Numbered from the stretch's first letter, positions 19,913-30,180 are shown. The stretch: DNA of 64,000 bases from an uncultured virus (IMG/VR IMGVR_UViG_2061766007_000578) (IMGVR_UViG_2061766007_000578); one strand, 5' to 3'. A program made the numbers and translations. Notes: generated by a model not told the origin, from the sequence alone.

Positions 19913-21379
19913 ATGAATGTATCGAACGAAACAAAACAGGCATTTGCGAATACCTCAAATCCGAGAGTCCTTGTAGTGTACTTTCCTACACTTAACCTTA
20001 CGGTTGATATGGAACACATAGTACAGGAAAGTTTCTCGCTAAAGGAAAGCGTTTTAGAGAGTGACAGCATAGAATTTGTCGGTTGTGTATCGTCTGAAAT
20101 GTCTGTTCAACTGTACGGGGTTACACAGGACTTAAAGAACCAGTTAGTGCAGGTGAGTATAAAGGTAATTACTGGCTATGATGAACACGAACAGCCTATT
20201 TATTCTGATTCTGTACCACTGTTCTACGGAAAAGTAGACAGTGTAGAAATGGAAGCAAATCACAATAAGCGAAAGATCACTGCCTACGATTTGCTTTATA
20301 CATTCGGAAACGTAGAAGTTGCCGATTGGTATAACAATATGGTATTTCCCGAAGGTGGTTTAGAGTTAGGTGCGATAAGAAACCGCCTTTTTATATATAT
20401 CAATGAGAAGTTAGGAACACCTACATTGTTGCAAGCCGCACCGTATTATCCGTCAGTAAATGAACTTCCTAACGACAGAATAAAGGTTAAAAAGCAGTAT
20501 AAGCCTAAAACACTACGATCAATAGATGTAATCAAGTCTATATGCCAGATAAACGGCGTGTTTGGGGTTGTAAATCGAAACATAATAGACGGTGCGAGTG
20601 TATTTGAATACAGAGTATTAACGGACATAATAGATGAACCTGCTTATCCCGGTAGCACAACCTTCACTCCTTTTATACCGGGTGTAACAAGCAGTAGCGG
20701 AAGTAGATTTCCCGACACTTATGTTCCGTACTACAGGGGAATTGATTATCAGGAATACACTGTAAAGCCTGTTGACAAAGTAACCATAAGAGAAAGTGAA
20801 GATAAACAGGGTTACTATTACGGAACAGGTGAGAACAACTACATCATACAGGGTAATATATTCGCTTACAAATTGCCACAAAAGACCATAGAGAAGATGG
20901 CGAGGAATATATACACGAACGTAAGAAACATCGTCTACAGACCGTATGAGAGCGAGAATGACGGTGTACCGTGGATAGAGTGCGGAGCAGATGTAGTTTC
21001 GTTTATGCAGTACGACTATGAGAGGTCAGCCGCACAGCATACAGATGTATATACAGAGCATAAGTATTATGTGTTCAACCGTACGCTTTCAGGAATACAA
21101 GCCTTAAAGGATAGTTATTCTGCTACAGGTGAACAAGATCAAAGACAATTCATAACAGACATAAACGCAAGGATAGACGGACTTAAAAAGGATTTGTCTG
21201 ATTACTACACCAAAGAAGAAATAGAGGAAAACTACTACGATCAAGACACCATAGACGAGATGTTTGAGCAGTACGAACCTGTTACAGATGCGTGGAGAGT
21301 TGAAAGTGTAGAAGAATTACCACCGCAAGGTGAGAATCAAGTGCTTTATCTGATACAAGGCGAGGTTGTAGTTGAATAA
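19913..21379 (+). CDS. Baseplate hub/minor tail protein
   Basis: ESFSLKES, KITAYD, ICQINGVFG, GVPWIECG. Confidence 0.65.
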   Translation: MNVSNETKQAFANTSNPRVLVVYFPTLNLTVDMEHIVQESFSLKESVLESDSIEFVGCVSSEMSVQLYGVTQDLKNQLVQVSIKVITGYDEHEQPIYSDSVPLFYGKVDSVEMEANHNKRKITAYDLLYTFGNVEVADWYNNMVFPEGGLELGAIRNRLFIYINEKLGTPTLLQAAPYYPSVNELPNDRIKVKKQYKPKTLRSIDVIKSICQINGVFGVVNRNIIDGASVFEYRVLTDIIDEPAYPGSTTFTPFIPGVTSSSGSRFPDTYVPYYRGIDYQEYTVKPVDKVTIRESEDKQGYYYGTGENNYIIQGNIFAYKLPQKTIEKMARNIYTNVRNIVYRPYESENDGVPWIECGADVVSFMQYDYERSAAQHTDVYTEHKYYVFNRTLSGIQALKDSYSATGEQDQRQFITDINARIDGLKKDLSDYYTKEEIEENYYDQDTIDEMFEQYEPVTDAWRVESVEELPPQGENQVLYLIQGEVVVE

Positions 21380-22581
21380 TGGGTAGACAATCCGCAAGAA
21401 TTTATTTTAACCAAAAAGACCATAAAGAAATGGTTACGTGGAACGGTTCAACGTATCAGTATCACGATAAAGCCTATATTTGGAACGGGTCAGAGTTTGA
21501 ACTTGTGTGGGAAAAATTAGGATTGAAACTTCTTTATGAAACGCAGTTAGCACTAAAGCCTGTTTCATCCGAAAATAACAGATATCTGTATTTCACAGAA
21601 GGATCAGATGATTCTATCATTTACAGGCTAATAATAAACGCAAGAGAACCCGAACCGGAAGAATGGTATACCAGTAATACTTATACAGTGTTTACAGCAC
21701 CGAGAAGTTCAAGGGGTGTAGGTATGCACAGAACCGCACAGCAGTACGCTAATTCACCGTTTGACTACAGAATGTTAAACCTTGAAACGGGTGGATATGG
21801 CGGTAGTGGAACATTTGATTTTGTGGCTCAAACAGGGGTTTCGTTTGTAGACAGGTATGGCGCTCCCATTCTAAACGGTGAAACGGTTTCACAAGCCATT
21901 GATTTGAGTTATAAATATGCTTCACAATGGGGCGGCGCTTTAATAAATGTATGGTACAACTTCTTATATTTCATAGCAATTAGCGGTGTATCGGCACAAT
22001 TATTAAGTAATAGCGAACATTCAGGCTCTTATATAAGTGGCGGTAATGGAATTTGGGATATGGGAAGATTGGAAAATGATCCCACAGCGAGAGGGTTATT
22101 TCCGAGATTTCTTATGCTTACAAATACAGGAGATTTTCAAGTATTAGAATACCAAAACGGTAACAAGTATACTGCTGAAATCACAAGTACCCCACCTTTT
22201 ACCCTGACACATACGTATAAATACGGAGTAGGTAGGGACGGAAAACTTGCCGTAATTGATAATTCAGGGCGCATATGGATAGTAGAAGTAGGAGATAACG
22301 ACATAACCTATACCGATACAGAAATAGATTCAACTGTCGCTATATGGGATGTAAGTCCTGATTACAAATATGCAATGACTTTTAGGTATACATGGGACTT
22401 TGGTGGTGAGTTAAAAATATACGATATAAACTCAAAGCGAGAAGTCTTAAATGTAACAGAAGAAATGGGGCTTTCTGCTTCAGACGGATTTTTTGTAGGA
22501 CATAAATGTATCTTTGTTCAAGCACGAAAAGTTAACGGTGGTCAAATAACCACCTACAATAGATTATATAAGTGGAGATAA
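21379..22581 (+). CDS. Putative virion or receptor-binding protein (beta-rich)
   Basis: Tail module position; aromatic, beta-strand-rich sequence. Confidence 0.45.
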   Translation: MGRQSARIYFNQKDHKEMVTWNGSTYQYHDKAYIWNGSEFELVWEKLGLKLLYETQLALKPVSSENNRYLYFTEGSDDSIIYRLIINAREPEPEEWYTSNTYTVFTAPRSSRGVGMHRTAQQYANSPFDYRMLNLETGGYGGSGTFDFVAQTGVSFVDRYGAPILNGETVSQAIDLSYKYASQWGGALINVWYNFLYFIAISGVSAQLLSNSEHSGSYISGGNGIWDMGRLENDPTARGLFPRFLMLTNTGDFQVLEYQNGNKYTAEITSTPPFTLTHTYKYGVGRDGKLAVIDNSGRIWIVEVGDNDITYTDTEIDSTVAIWDVSPDYKYAMTFRYTWDFGGELKIYDINSKREVLNVTEEMGLSASDGFFVGHKCIFVQARKVNGGQITTYNRLYKWR

Positions 22582-22583
22582 CA

Positions 22584-23111
22584 ATGGCATATCAAAAAGT
22601 ATTTGAAAAACCATATCCGACAGGATGGAAGGACAGCCCTGATACTTCAACACCAGTTTTAGCCGAAATAATGGATGATTACGATACAGCTATTACTCAC
22701 ATAGAAAATCATCTTGACGGAACTACAGCAATATTTCCTATAACTGCAACAGGTGGTATGTCACAGCCTGTAGGTATAGACGAAAATGGACGGTTGTTTA
22801 CTTATAGTGACTCTTGGACAAAATTACTTGATGTAAGAGAAGAATCAAGTCAGACAGCGAGCAGTTATACATTAGCAGATGATATAACCAACTATAACAC
22901 AATAGCAGTTTCAGGATATTTTGTTCATTCATTTGGAAATATAACTCATGTAGAAACATTACCGATAGATATGATTGAAATTGATTCATCGGTGCATCAG
23001 ATATGTATAGATAATTCTCATATCTGTACAGTTAAATTTCCCACGACTACTTCTGTAGAATCTTTGGGTCAAGCAGGCAATACATATATTTATCAGGTTT
23101 ATGGACAATGA
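22584..23111 (+). CDS. Minor tail protein
   Basis: GWKDSPDTSTP N-terminus; tail module. Confidence 0.5.
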   Translation: MAYQKVFEKPYPTGWKDSPDTSTPVLAEIMDDYDTAITHIENHLDGTTAIFPITATGGMSQPVGIDENGRLFTYSDSWTKLLDVREESSQTASSYTLADDITNYNTIAVSGYFVHSFGNITHVETLPIDMIEIDSSVHQICIDNSHICTVKFPTTTSVESLGQAGNTYIYQVYGQ

Positions 23112-23145
23112 AAACCTGTGATTTTTTAAAAAGTTCAAAAAGATT

Positions 23146-23170
23146 AAGCACCCGAAAGGGTGTTTTTTTT
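23146..23170 (+). terminator. Intrinsic terminator
   Basis: aagcaccc-gaaa-gggtgtt followed by T-run. Confidence 0.85.
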
Positions 23171-23193
23171 ATTACATAAAGGAGGTAAATCAA

Positions 23194-23256
23194 ATGGCAT
23201 TGGACCCCATTACATATGCCGTTTTTATAGACAAAACAAGCGTTCTAATGATATAA
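23194..23256 (+). pseudogene. Orphaned 5' end of the fibre gene (MALDPITYA...), interrupted by the HNH cassette
   Basis: Strong RBS AAAGGAGGT; first 9 codons align with the start of 24270 (MAFSVESYA). Confidence 0.6.
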
Positions 23257-23257
23257 T
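23228..23257 (+). promoter_or_regulatory. SigA-type promoter of the HNH cassette
   Basis: TAGACA-N18-TATAAT with extended -10 TG. Confidence 0.7.
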
Positions 23258-23260
23258 AAA

Positions 23261-23410
23261 GTAGGTTGCTTTAGGTGTTGGACGCACCAGAGTAACTACG
23301 ACATATTCACGGTATGTCATCGTACAACCTATGAACTCATAGCCTATTTTAGTTTAGGTCTATCTTATGTGTCAATAGTTTGCAACGGTGTCTGCCGGAG
23401 CAAACTATTT
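23261..23410 (+). ncRNA. Candidate structured 5' leader of the HNH gene
   Basis: taggttg/caaccta closing stem, internal hairpins, then aatagtttgc/gcaaactatt hairpin. Confidence 0.45.
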
Positions 23411-23429
23411 TTAATGGAGGTAGACGATA

Positions 23430-24212
23430 ATGAAAACAGACAACACAAATTATATAGGTATGAAGTTTGGCAGATGGACGATTATAGGTGATTATATTAG
23501 AACATCACAATACGGTCACAGAAAATATCTGTGTAAATGTGGATGCGAAAAAGGTACGCAGAAATATGTTGATTTGCAAAATCTTAAAAGTGGAAAAAGC
23601 GAAAGTTGCGGATGCGCAACTATTGAAACAGCAAAAAAGCATTTTACTAAACACGGGGAATCAAAGACAAGGTTATTTAGAATTTGGGTAAAAATGAGAT
23701 CAAGGTGTAATAACCACAACGATTCTCGATATAAAGATTATGGTCAGAGAGGAATTACGATTTGCGAAGAATGGAATAATTCTTATGAAATTTTTAGGGA
23801 ATGGGCGTTATCCCATGGATATGCAGAGAATTTAACTATAGATAGAATTGATAATAATGGGAATTACGAACCTGATAATTGTCGGTGGACAGATAATAAA
23901 ACACAAGCGAACAATAAACGCAATAATGTAATCATAGAGATAGATGGTATAAGAAAAAATATAGCAGAGTGGGGAAGCGAAGTAGGGATAAGTCCTGATA
24001 CTATAAGGGCAAGATTAATGCGCAAAACAGATACTAATCTTTTGTTGAACAAAGGAAGTCTTTGTAAAATCATCGAAATAGAATATAACGGCGAAGTACA
24101 TACTATACCCGAATGGTCAAAAATAACAGGCATTCAAAAAGCGACTATATGGTATAGATACAATAAAGGGAAACCAATAGATCAAGTTTTATATAAAGGA
24201 AAACTTCAATAA
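23430..24212 (+). CDS. HNH-type homing endonuclease (phage CxCxCG..SCGC family)
   Basis: CKCGC, SCGC, HGESKTRL, TIDRIDNNGNYEPDNCRW. Confidence 0.9.
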   Translation: MKTDNTNYIGMKFGRWTIIGDYIRTSQYGHRKYLCKCGCEKGTQKYVDLQNLKSGKSESCGCATIETAKKHFTKHGESKTRLFRIWVKMRSRCNNHNDSRYKDYGQRGITICEEWNNSYEIFREWALSHGYAENLTIDRIDNNGNYEPDNCRWTDNKTQANNKRNNVIIEIDGIRKNIAEWGSEVGISPDTIRARLMRKTDTNLLLNKGSLCKIIEIEYNGEVHTIPEWSKITGIQKATIWYRYNKGKPIDQVLYKGKLQ

Positions 24213-24220
24213 GTAAAATT

Positions 24221-24250
24221 AAACGGTTCGGAAACGAGCCGTTTTTTATT
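24221..24250 (+). terminator. Intrinsic terminator closing the HNH cassette
   Basis: aaacggttcg-gaaa-cgagccgttt followed by T-run. Confidence 0.85.
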
Positions 24251-24269
24251 TAAGAAAAGGAGGTAAGAA

Positions 24270-26513
24270 ATGGCATTTTCGGTAGAATCATATGCTATGT
24301 CACGAAAATATACCGATGAAACCGTGGTAGGCGGCGGTGCTATTAAGGGTAAAAATTGTACTGTAGATAGCATAGCAGAAATCACAGGCGGTCACAGAGT
24401 TACATTCAAGTGGACATTAGACGATGGTACTGTCTTAACAGGCACAATGGATGTAATGGATGGCGCAAAAGGAGATCAAGGTATTCAAGGCGAGAAGGGC
24501 GATAAAGGAGATCGTGGTGCTGTAGGTGCGCAAGGCATACAAGGTGTTCAGGGTATTCAAGGTGAAAAAGGGGATGATGGTTATCCCTTCCTGATCTACA
24601 AACAGTATGACGATATATCAGAATTTAACGCAAGTGATTTTCCTGAAATCGGTCTTATGTTTATGGTAATGACCTTTGTTGAAGATCACGGCTATCCTGT
24701 TTACAGATATACAGGAGAAGGAAACCCGCCTTATTCGCTTGTAGTCTATATGAACACCGAAGGAATTAAAGGCGAGAAAGGTGATAAGGGAGATACAGGC
24801 GCACAGGGTATTCAGGGTATTCCGGGTAATGATGGTGTAGGAGTACCCGAAGGTGGTACGACAGGGCAGGTTTTATCAAAAGGAACGAACTCTGATTACG
24901 ATACAGAATGGGTATCGTTAGAGAATACCTCTTTGGGTGGCAAAGTAAGCGATATCGAAGATGTTATCCCGTCCACGGCTACGACTTCAAATAAACTTGC
25001 TACGGCTAATGATATTCCCGATGTAAGCAATTTCATTACAAACACAGTAGATAACCTTGTTAATTACTATACGAAGTCACAGACATATACACAGACAGAG
25101 GTAGATGCTCTTATATCGGCTATTGTTACACTTGATATACAGGCAGTAAATACTTTACCGACAGAGGATATAAGCACAACTACTATATACCTTGTACCAA
25201 GTGCAGACCCGCAGACGCAGAATGTCAAAGATGAATACATAAACATTGACGGAACTACGACAGGTTGGGAGTTGATAGGCAGTACAGCAATAGATTTGTC
25301 AAACTATGTTACCACGACAGATTTAGCAACTGCCCTTGCAGATTATGTCACATCAACAAGCCTGTCAACAATTCTTTCGGGATATGTTCAGAAGTCACAG
25401 ACAGCCGGATTGTTAAAAAACGATGGTACGGTTGATACAAACACTTATGCCACTACATCAGCATTATCGGATAAGATAAGCAAGTCACAAACAGCAGGAC
25501 TTGTAAAGAATGACGGAACTATAGATACTACATCTTATGTATCTGATATATCAGGCAAGGCAGATAAAGTCACAAGTGCTACAACCGGACATTTTGCCGG
25601 ATTAGATAGTAATGGAAACCTTACTGATAGTGGAAGTAAGGCAAGTGATTTTATTGGACAATTCCGCACAATGCCTGCCGCAACAGAAGAAAACTATAGA
25701 AAAGTAGTTCAATATATCGGGGCAGATGACAATGACTTAATTCATGGATATTTCTATGAATGTACTCGTGCAATGGGAACACAATTATATTATTGGATGA
25801 ATGTTCCTGTAAGCGAAGGTAGTGGTGGCGGTCACACCATCCTCGACAACAGCGGAACATCCATGACCCAAAGAGCAGGCTTGCAATTTGAAGGCATGGG
25901 CGTAACGGATGACAGTACGAATGACAAAACGGTTGTGTCTCTCCCTACGCCTGATTATGTGGATGAACAGTTTAATCCATCTACCACCTACTCAAAAGGC
26001 ATGACCTGTATTGAAGGAAATGTAAGATACAGATACAAGAACAGCACCGCAACATCAGGTCACAGACCTCCTGATACTACTTATTGGGAAGTGTTGAGTG
26101 TGAGCGATGAGTTAAATGAACATTTTTTGACAGGTTCTTTTTCATCCTCGACTACTTATTTACAGTTACTCAATGCTATAAAAACAGCGATAGTAAACGA
26201 TTTGGGAAGAAACGCAATTACAAGGAATAGTAAGATAGTTGTTAAGAAAAAGGTTATTGGCTCTTATAATTACTATTTATGTGCTGTGTTTAATTTAATA
26301 AATCAAATTGTAACTATATCAGGTACTGCTGTAGATGAATGTAGTTATTTCACTACGATAAATTCTCCCGCAACAGTTACAACTGACACTTATATAAATA
26401 TATGGATAACTCAAAGATGTGTAAATAGAAAAATTGACACGGGTATAACATTTACCGATATCACCAATAGTGTCGTAAGTAGTGACGGAGGAGAATGGGA
26501 ATTTTATTATTAA
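24270..26513 (+). CDS. Collagen-repeat tail fibre protein
   Basis: Two GXY collagen tracts; internal KSQTAGL.KNDGT repeat; FAGLDSNGNLTDSG module. Confidence 0.8.
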   Translation: MAFSVESYAMSRKYTDETVVGGGAIKGKNCTVDSIAEITGGHRVTFKWTLDDGTVLTGTMDVMDGAKGDQGIQGEKGDKGDRGAVGAQGIQGVQGIQGEKGDDGYPFLIYKQYDDISEFNASDFPEIGLMFMVMTFVEDHGYPVYRYTGEGNPPYSLVVYMNTEGIKGEKGDKGDTGAQGIQGIPGNDGVGVPEGGTTGQVLSKGTNSDYDTEWVSLENTSLGGKVSDIEDVIPSTATTSNKLATANDIPDVSNFITNTVDNLVNYYTKSQTYTQTEVDALISAIVTLDIQAVNTLPTEDISTTTIYLVPSADPQTQNVKDEYINIDGTTTGWELIGSTAIDLSNYVTTTDLATALADYVTSTSLSTILSGYVQKSQTAGLLKNDGTVDTNTYATTSALSDKISKSQTAGLVKNDGTIDTTSYVSDISGKADKVTSATTGHFAGLDSNGNLTDSGSKASDFIGQFRTMPAATEENYRKVVQYIGADDNDLIHGYFYECTRAMGTQLYYWMNVPVSEGSGGGHTILDNSGTSMTQRAGLQFEGMGVTDDSTNDKTVVSLPTPDYVDEQFNPSTTYSKGMTCIEGNVRYRYKNSTATSGHRPPDTTYWEVLSVSDELNEHFLTGSFSSSTTYLQLLNAIKTAIVNDLGRNAITRNSKIVVKKKVIGSYNYYLCAVFNLINQIVTISGTAVDECSYFTTINSPATVTTDTYINIWITQRCVNRKIDTGITFTDITNSVVSSDGGEWEFYY

Positions 26514-26528
26514 AGGAGGAAAACATAA

Positions 26529-26890
26529 ATGAAACTCTACATTGAACAAATAGCAGACGGAACAAAAACTGTAGTAGCAACAAGAGAGGATGAACAGAGT
26601 GCAAGGATATCTTATCACAACACTTGCAAAAACCTTTGGAATGATGCAGACACGCAACAGGCAAGGGTCAGAATAACAGACGAGGAATTTAAGACCTACG
26701 GAACATGGGAGGAAGTAATCGACAAGACAGGTGATGACCCCGAAGAAGTGACAGGCAAACTGTTTGTAATGGCTGTAAGTAACAACAACCTTATGACCAA
26801 CCTGATAACGGAGTGGATACCTAACAAAGCTGGTATCAAAGGCGCAATGGTAGATTATCATGGCAAGTGTGCTATGTATCTCAATGCTCC
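26529..26890 (+). CDS. Hypothetical fibre-associated protein (partial); an allele occurs at 42834-43058
   Basis: Strong RBS; ends at an N-gap. Confidence 0.55.
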
Positions 26891-26900
26891 NNNNNNNNNN

Positions 26901-27493
26901 GAACATTCGCACTTGTAGAAGGAGCAAGAGTAACTGTTAAGTTTTCTAATGCAAATACGGCTGATACGCCAATGCTGAATGTTAATTCAACAGGAGCTCA
27001 TTATATTTATTATAGAGGAGTACAAGTTAAATCAGGAGGTGCTCCAATAAATGTTTTATCTGGAACGATTGATTTTGTATATGATGGATCTAATTATAAT
27101 ATTGTTGGTACTTTTGCAAATGCTATTCCAAGTACAGATACATCGGAAAAAATATTTTTATTAGGAGCAACGAGTCAATCAGCGTCTAATGCAGATTCAT
27201 ATACACAAGATACTGCTTATGTAGGGACGGACGGATGTCTGTATAGTGACAGCAAAAAGGTCTTTACAGCTTACTATAAAGAAGGCTCAACCACGGTCAG
27301 CACAGCGAATCAAGCGTTTACGGTGGCGATAAGTGACAGCAACATTTCAACGAGTAGCAAGATACTCTCTGTCTGCACAAGCGTGAAAGGACTAAACTAC
27401 ACGGACATAACGCTTGCGTCTGGCAGTTGCACGATAAGTTTCCCCGGAGTATCAAGCGCACAGACCGTAACGGTCGGGATAGAATGGAGGTGA
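26901..27493 (+). CDS. C-terminal part of another tail fibre protein
   Basis: GARVTVKFSNANTA..LNVNSTGA..FVYDG motif. Confidence 0.65.
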
Positions 27494-27497
27494 TGGT

Positions 27498-27896
27498 ATG
27501 GGAATGTATCCAGCTGAAAGTAATAGCATAGAAGAAATATATTCCTTTGATGGAGAGTTGACCACAGCTACAAGCTTCAACTATAAATTTCAGGTTTTAG
27601 ACAAGTCTGTTATTCAAAAATATAAATATTTAATCCTTGAATTATATGACATGTCTTTAAGCAATCAGGTGCAAGCGGTAACGTCATCATTTATGCCGGT
27701 TAGTGAGTTATTGAAAGATGATGGTCAGTATCGTTCAATTCGAACGGCGATGAACAATCAAACCTATAATCAAAGCTATTTAGTATGGGTTCTGAATTAC
27801 AACGGCAATGAGTCACGGAACGATATTGAATTTAGATTTTTGGATTATACAAAAACACTAACCAAAGGCAAAGCCGTTTTATACGGTATCAAATAA
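27498..27896 (+). CDS. Small fibre-accessory protein (MGMYP N-terminus)
   Basis: ORF with RBS; ends VLYGIK. Confidence 0.55.
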   Translation: MGMYPAESNSIEEIYSFDGELTTATSFNYKFQVLDKSVIQKYKYLILELYDMSLSNQVQAVTSSFMPVSELLKDDGQYRSIRTAMNNQTYNQSYLVWVLNYNGNESRNDIEFRFLDYTKTLTKGKAVLYGIK

Positions 27897-27912
27897 GAAA
27901 GGAGCAAACAAA

Positions 27913-28332
27913 ATGGCAATGTATCCGAGTCAGAAAGTGGGGGGGGGTACGGTAAAAACTACGATATGGGATAGTGGAGATATTACCTCTTCCGATTGGG
28001 TAGCAGATGGTTCGGGAATAAGATTGACTTGTGATAAGGTTCTTTCACAAGCGGATAAAACTATTATATTAAATGCCTTAAACACATATAAATATGGACA
28101 ATTATATATTGAAACTTTCTTTACGACAGGAGGAGGAACAAGAACTATATTGCTTCCGATAGATATTGGCAACACAGAGTTTATCAACGGAGCGCTGTTT
28201 GGAGGTTCACATTTTCAATATGATGTCTCAATAAATCTTGTAGGTAATATGATATATCACAATTTATCCGGTGACTATATGAATGATTATAAACAATATA
28301 CTTATAGGTCAAAAATAATAGCAATACAATAA
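27913..28332 (+). CDS. Small fibre-accessory protein (MAMYP N-terminus, G9 tract)
   Basis: ORF with RBS AAAGGAG. Confidence 0.55.
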   Translation: MAMYPSQKVGGGTVKTTIWDSGDITSSDWVADGSGIRLTCDKVLSQADKTIILNALNTYKYGQLYIETFFTTGGGTRTILLPIDIGNTEFINGALFGGSHFQYDVSINLVGNMIYHNLSGDYMNDYKQYTYRSKIIAIQ

Positions 28333-28350
28333 TAAGGAGGAACAAACAAA

Positions 28351-28629
28351 ATGAATAACTACATCGAAACAATGGAACAGTACATAACCCGTGACAGTGA
28401 AGGAAAAATCACTGGTTACACAGAGTCGAGCAAGAAGGAAAAAGCCGATGACAACTACAACAAGGCAGTAGGTGCGTGGGCGCAGAAAATAGCAAATGTC
28501 GGTAGCAAGATAGGCGATACCCACTCATACTTCACCTGCTCTTTGGAAAACTCCGTGGGAACTGTTCTCAACTTTGTATCTCTGGGTCAGTATATGGAAC
28601 AGCCCGCTCCCGAACCCGAAGGAGAGTAA
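28351..28629 (+). CDS. Hypothetical tail-associated protein
   Basis: Strong RBS; PEPE C-terminus. Confidence 0.55.
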   Translation: MNNYIETMEQYITRDSEGKITGYTESSKKEKADDNYNKAVGAWAQKIANVGSKIGDTHSYFTCSLENSVGTVLNFVSLGQYMEQPAPEPEGE

Positions 28630-28650
28630 TTACATACTTTTTAGTGTAAC

Positions 28651-28710
28651 TCGTATCGTTGACGGACAGGGAAGGTCATATTGCAAGGTGTGATTCCTTG
28701 CACGATACGA
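28651..28710 (+). ncRNA. tRNA-like element lacking an anticodon arm
   Basis: 9-bp closing stem, D-arm-like hairpin, T-arm-like gcaagg-TGTGATT-ccttgc. Confidence 0.45.
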
Positions 28711-28992
28711 TTATGAACCCATTAAGCCTTTGTGCGTAACATGATGGGTNNNNNNNNNNAAGGCACGAACAAGAACCCGAACCCGAAGGAGAGTAATTAC
28801 ATACTTTTTAGTATAACTCGTATCGNNNNNNNNNNNNNNNNNNNNNNNNNNNNNNNNNNNNNNNNNNNNNNNNNNNNNNNNNNNNNNNNNNNNNNNNNNN
28901 NNNNNNNNNNNNNNNNNNNNNNNNNNNNNNNNNNNNNNNNNNNNNNNNNNNNNNNNNNNNNNNNNNNNNNNNNNNNNNNNNNNNNNNNNNNN

Positions 28993-29289
28993 TTCGACGG
29001 GATTCTGGACGGTGATAAACACCATCATCCAGAAAAAAGCAAAATCAAAAAAGGCTGAAACGGCGGCTCTGGTGGCTCTGCTGCACGACCGCATATACGA
29101 CCTGTCACAGCAGTATATCACACGGGGTTTCGTCACGGTGGAAGAATACGACAACCTCAATTACCTATGGGAACCGTACAGCGATCTAGGCGGAAACGGC
29201 ACGGGCAAAAAGCTGTTCGATCAAGTCGGAAAGTTGGACATAAAGGGGGAAATCGAGAATGTTAAAAAAGATAAAAGAAGCTCCATCCC
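28993..29289 (+). CDS. Conserved lysis-module protein (partial); an allele occurs at 43069-43296
   Basis: LLHDRIY..YSDLGGNGTG motif. Confidence 0.6.
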
Positions 29290-29859
29290 NNNNNNNNNNN
29301 NNNNNNNNNNNNNNNNNNNNNNNNNNNNNNNNNNNNNNNNNNNNNNNNNNNNNNNNNNNNNNNNNNNNNNNNNNNNNNNNNNNNNNNNNNNNNNNNNNNN
29401 NNNNNNNNNNNNNNNNNNNNNNNNNNNNNNNNNNNNNNNNNNNNNNNNNNNNNNNNNNNNNNNNNNNNNNNNTAGCGGTTTTTTGTTATCAGCGTTGGCA
29501 ATAATATCTGTCCTGACATCGCTGACGGTGGAAGCATTGAAAAAACTGTTAGGTGATACAAAATATAGCGCTAACCTTTTGGCGGCAATAGTCTCCGTGG
29601 TTCTTTCAGTGGCNNNNNNNNNNGACGTACTCGGTCACGGAGTTGATTCTGTCAACGGCCTACGGAATAAGCCACGACACGCTCACGACTTGCTTATACG
29701 CTTGTTTTGGGGGTGAAGTCTTAGCGTGTGCCTTGATTAAGGTCTTCAAGCTGAAGGAAGAAGACAAGAAACCCGACAACATGACGGGTGATTTACTTAC
29801 CGAGGAAGAAATCCATGACCTTCTAAACGGTATGGATGAATTTGTAAAGGAGAAAGCAA

Positions 29860-30180
29860 ATGCTAACGGATGACATGACAATGATCCTGATAAGAATAAT
29901 AATCTCTGTCTGTATCGCTCTGTTCACGGCTTATGTCGTGCCCTACATTGAGGAATTGAGACAGGATAAGAGGTACGGTTCAGTGATTAATATGATTATT
30001 TTGGCGGTCAAGGCTGCCGAGCAACAGTTCAAAGAGCCAGGACAGGGCAAGGCGAAGAAGGCCGAGGTGATCCGGTTCGTCTCTGACTGGCTGACAAAGA
30101 ACGGCATCAAGGTGACAGATGAGGAATTGTCGCAGCTTATTGAAGCGGCAGTGTACCAGATGAAACAGGAGACAAAATGA
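29860..30180 (+). CDS. Holin (LL-H family-like)
   Basis: N-terminal TM helix, AVKAAEQ..KKAEV..LIEAAV. Confidence 0.8.
   Translation: MLTDDMTMILIRIIISVCIALFTAYVVPYIEELRQDKRYGSVINMIILAVKAAEQQFKEPGQGKAKKAEVIRFVSDWLTKNGIKVTDEELSQLIEAAVYQMKQETK

Larger units (their letters stand above)
19043..28749 (+). mobile_element. Phage B distal tail and fibre region (second phage; internal gap at 26891-26900)
   Basis: Second tape measure end, second Dit and hub genes; visibly more AT-rich than 1-19032. Confidence 0.75.

Noticed and set aside
23221..24269. Group I intron carrying the HNH gene
   Set aside because: No recognisable catalytic core; the internal promoter, terminator and second RBS/start fit a free-standing cassette better
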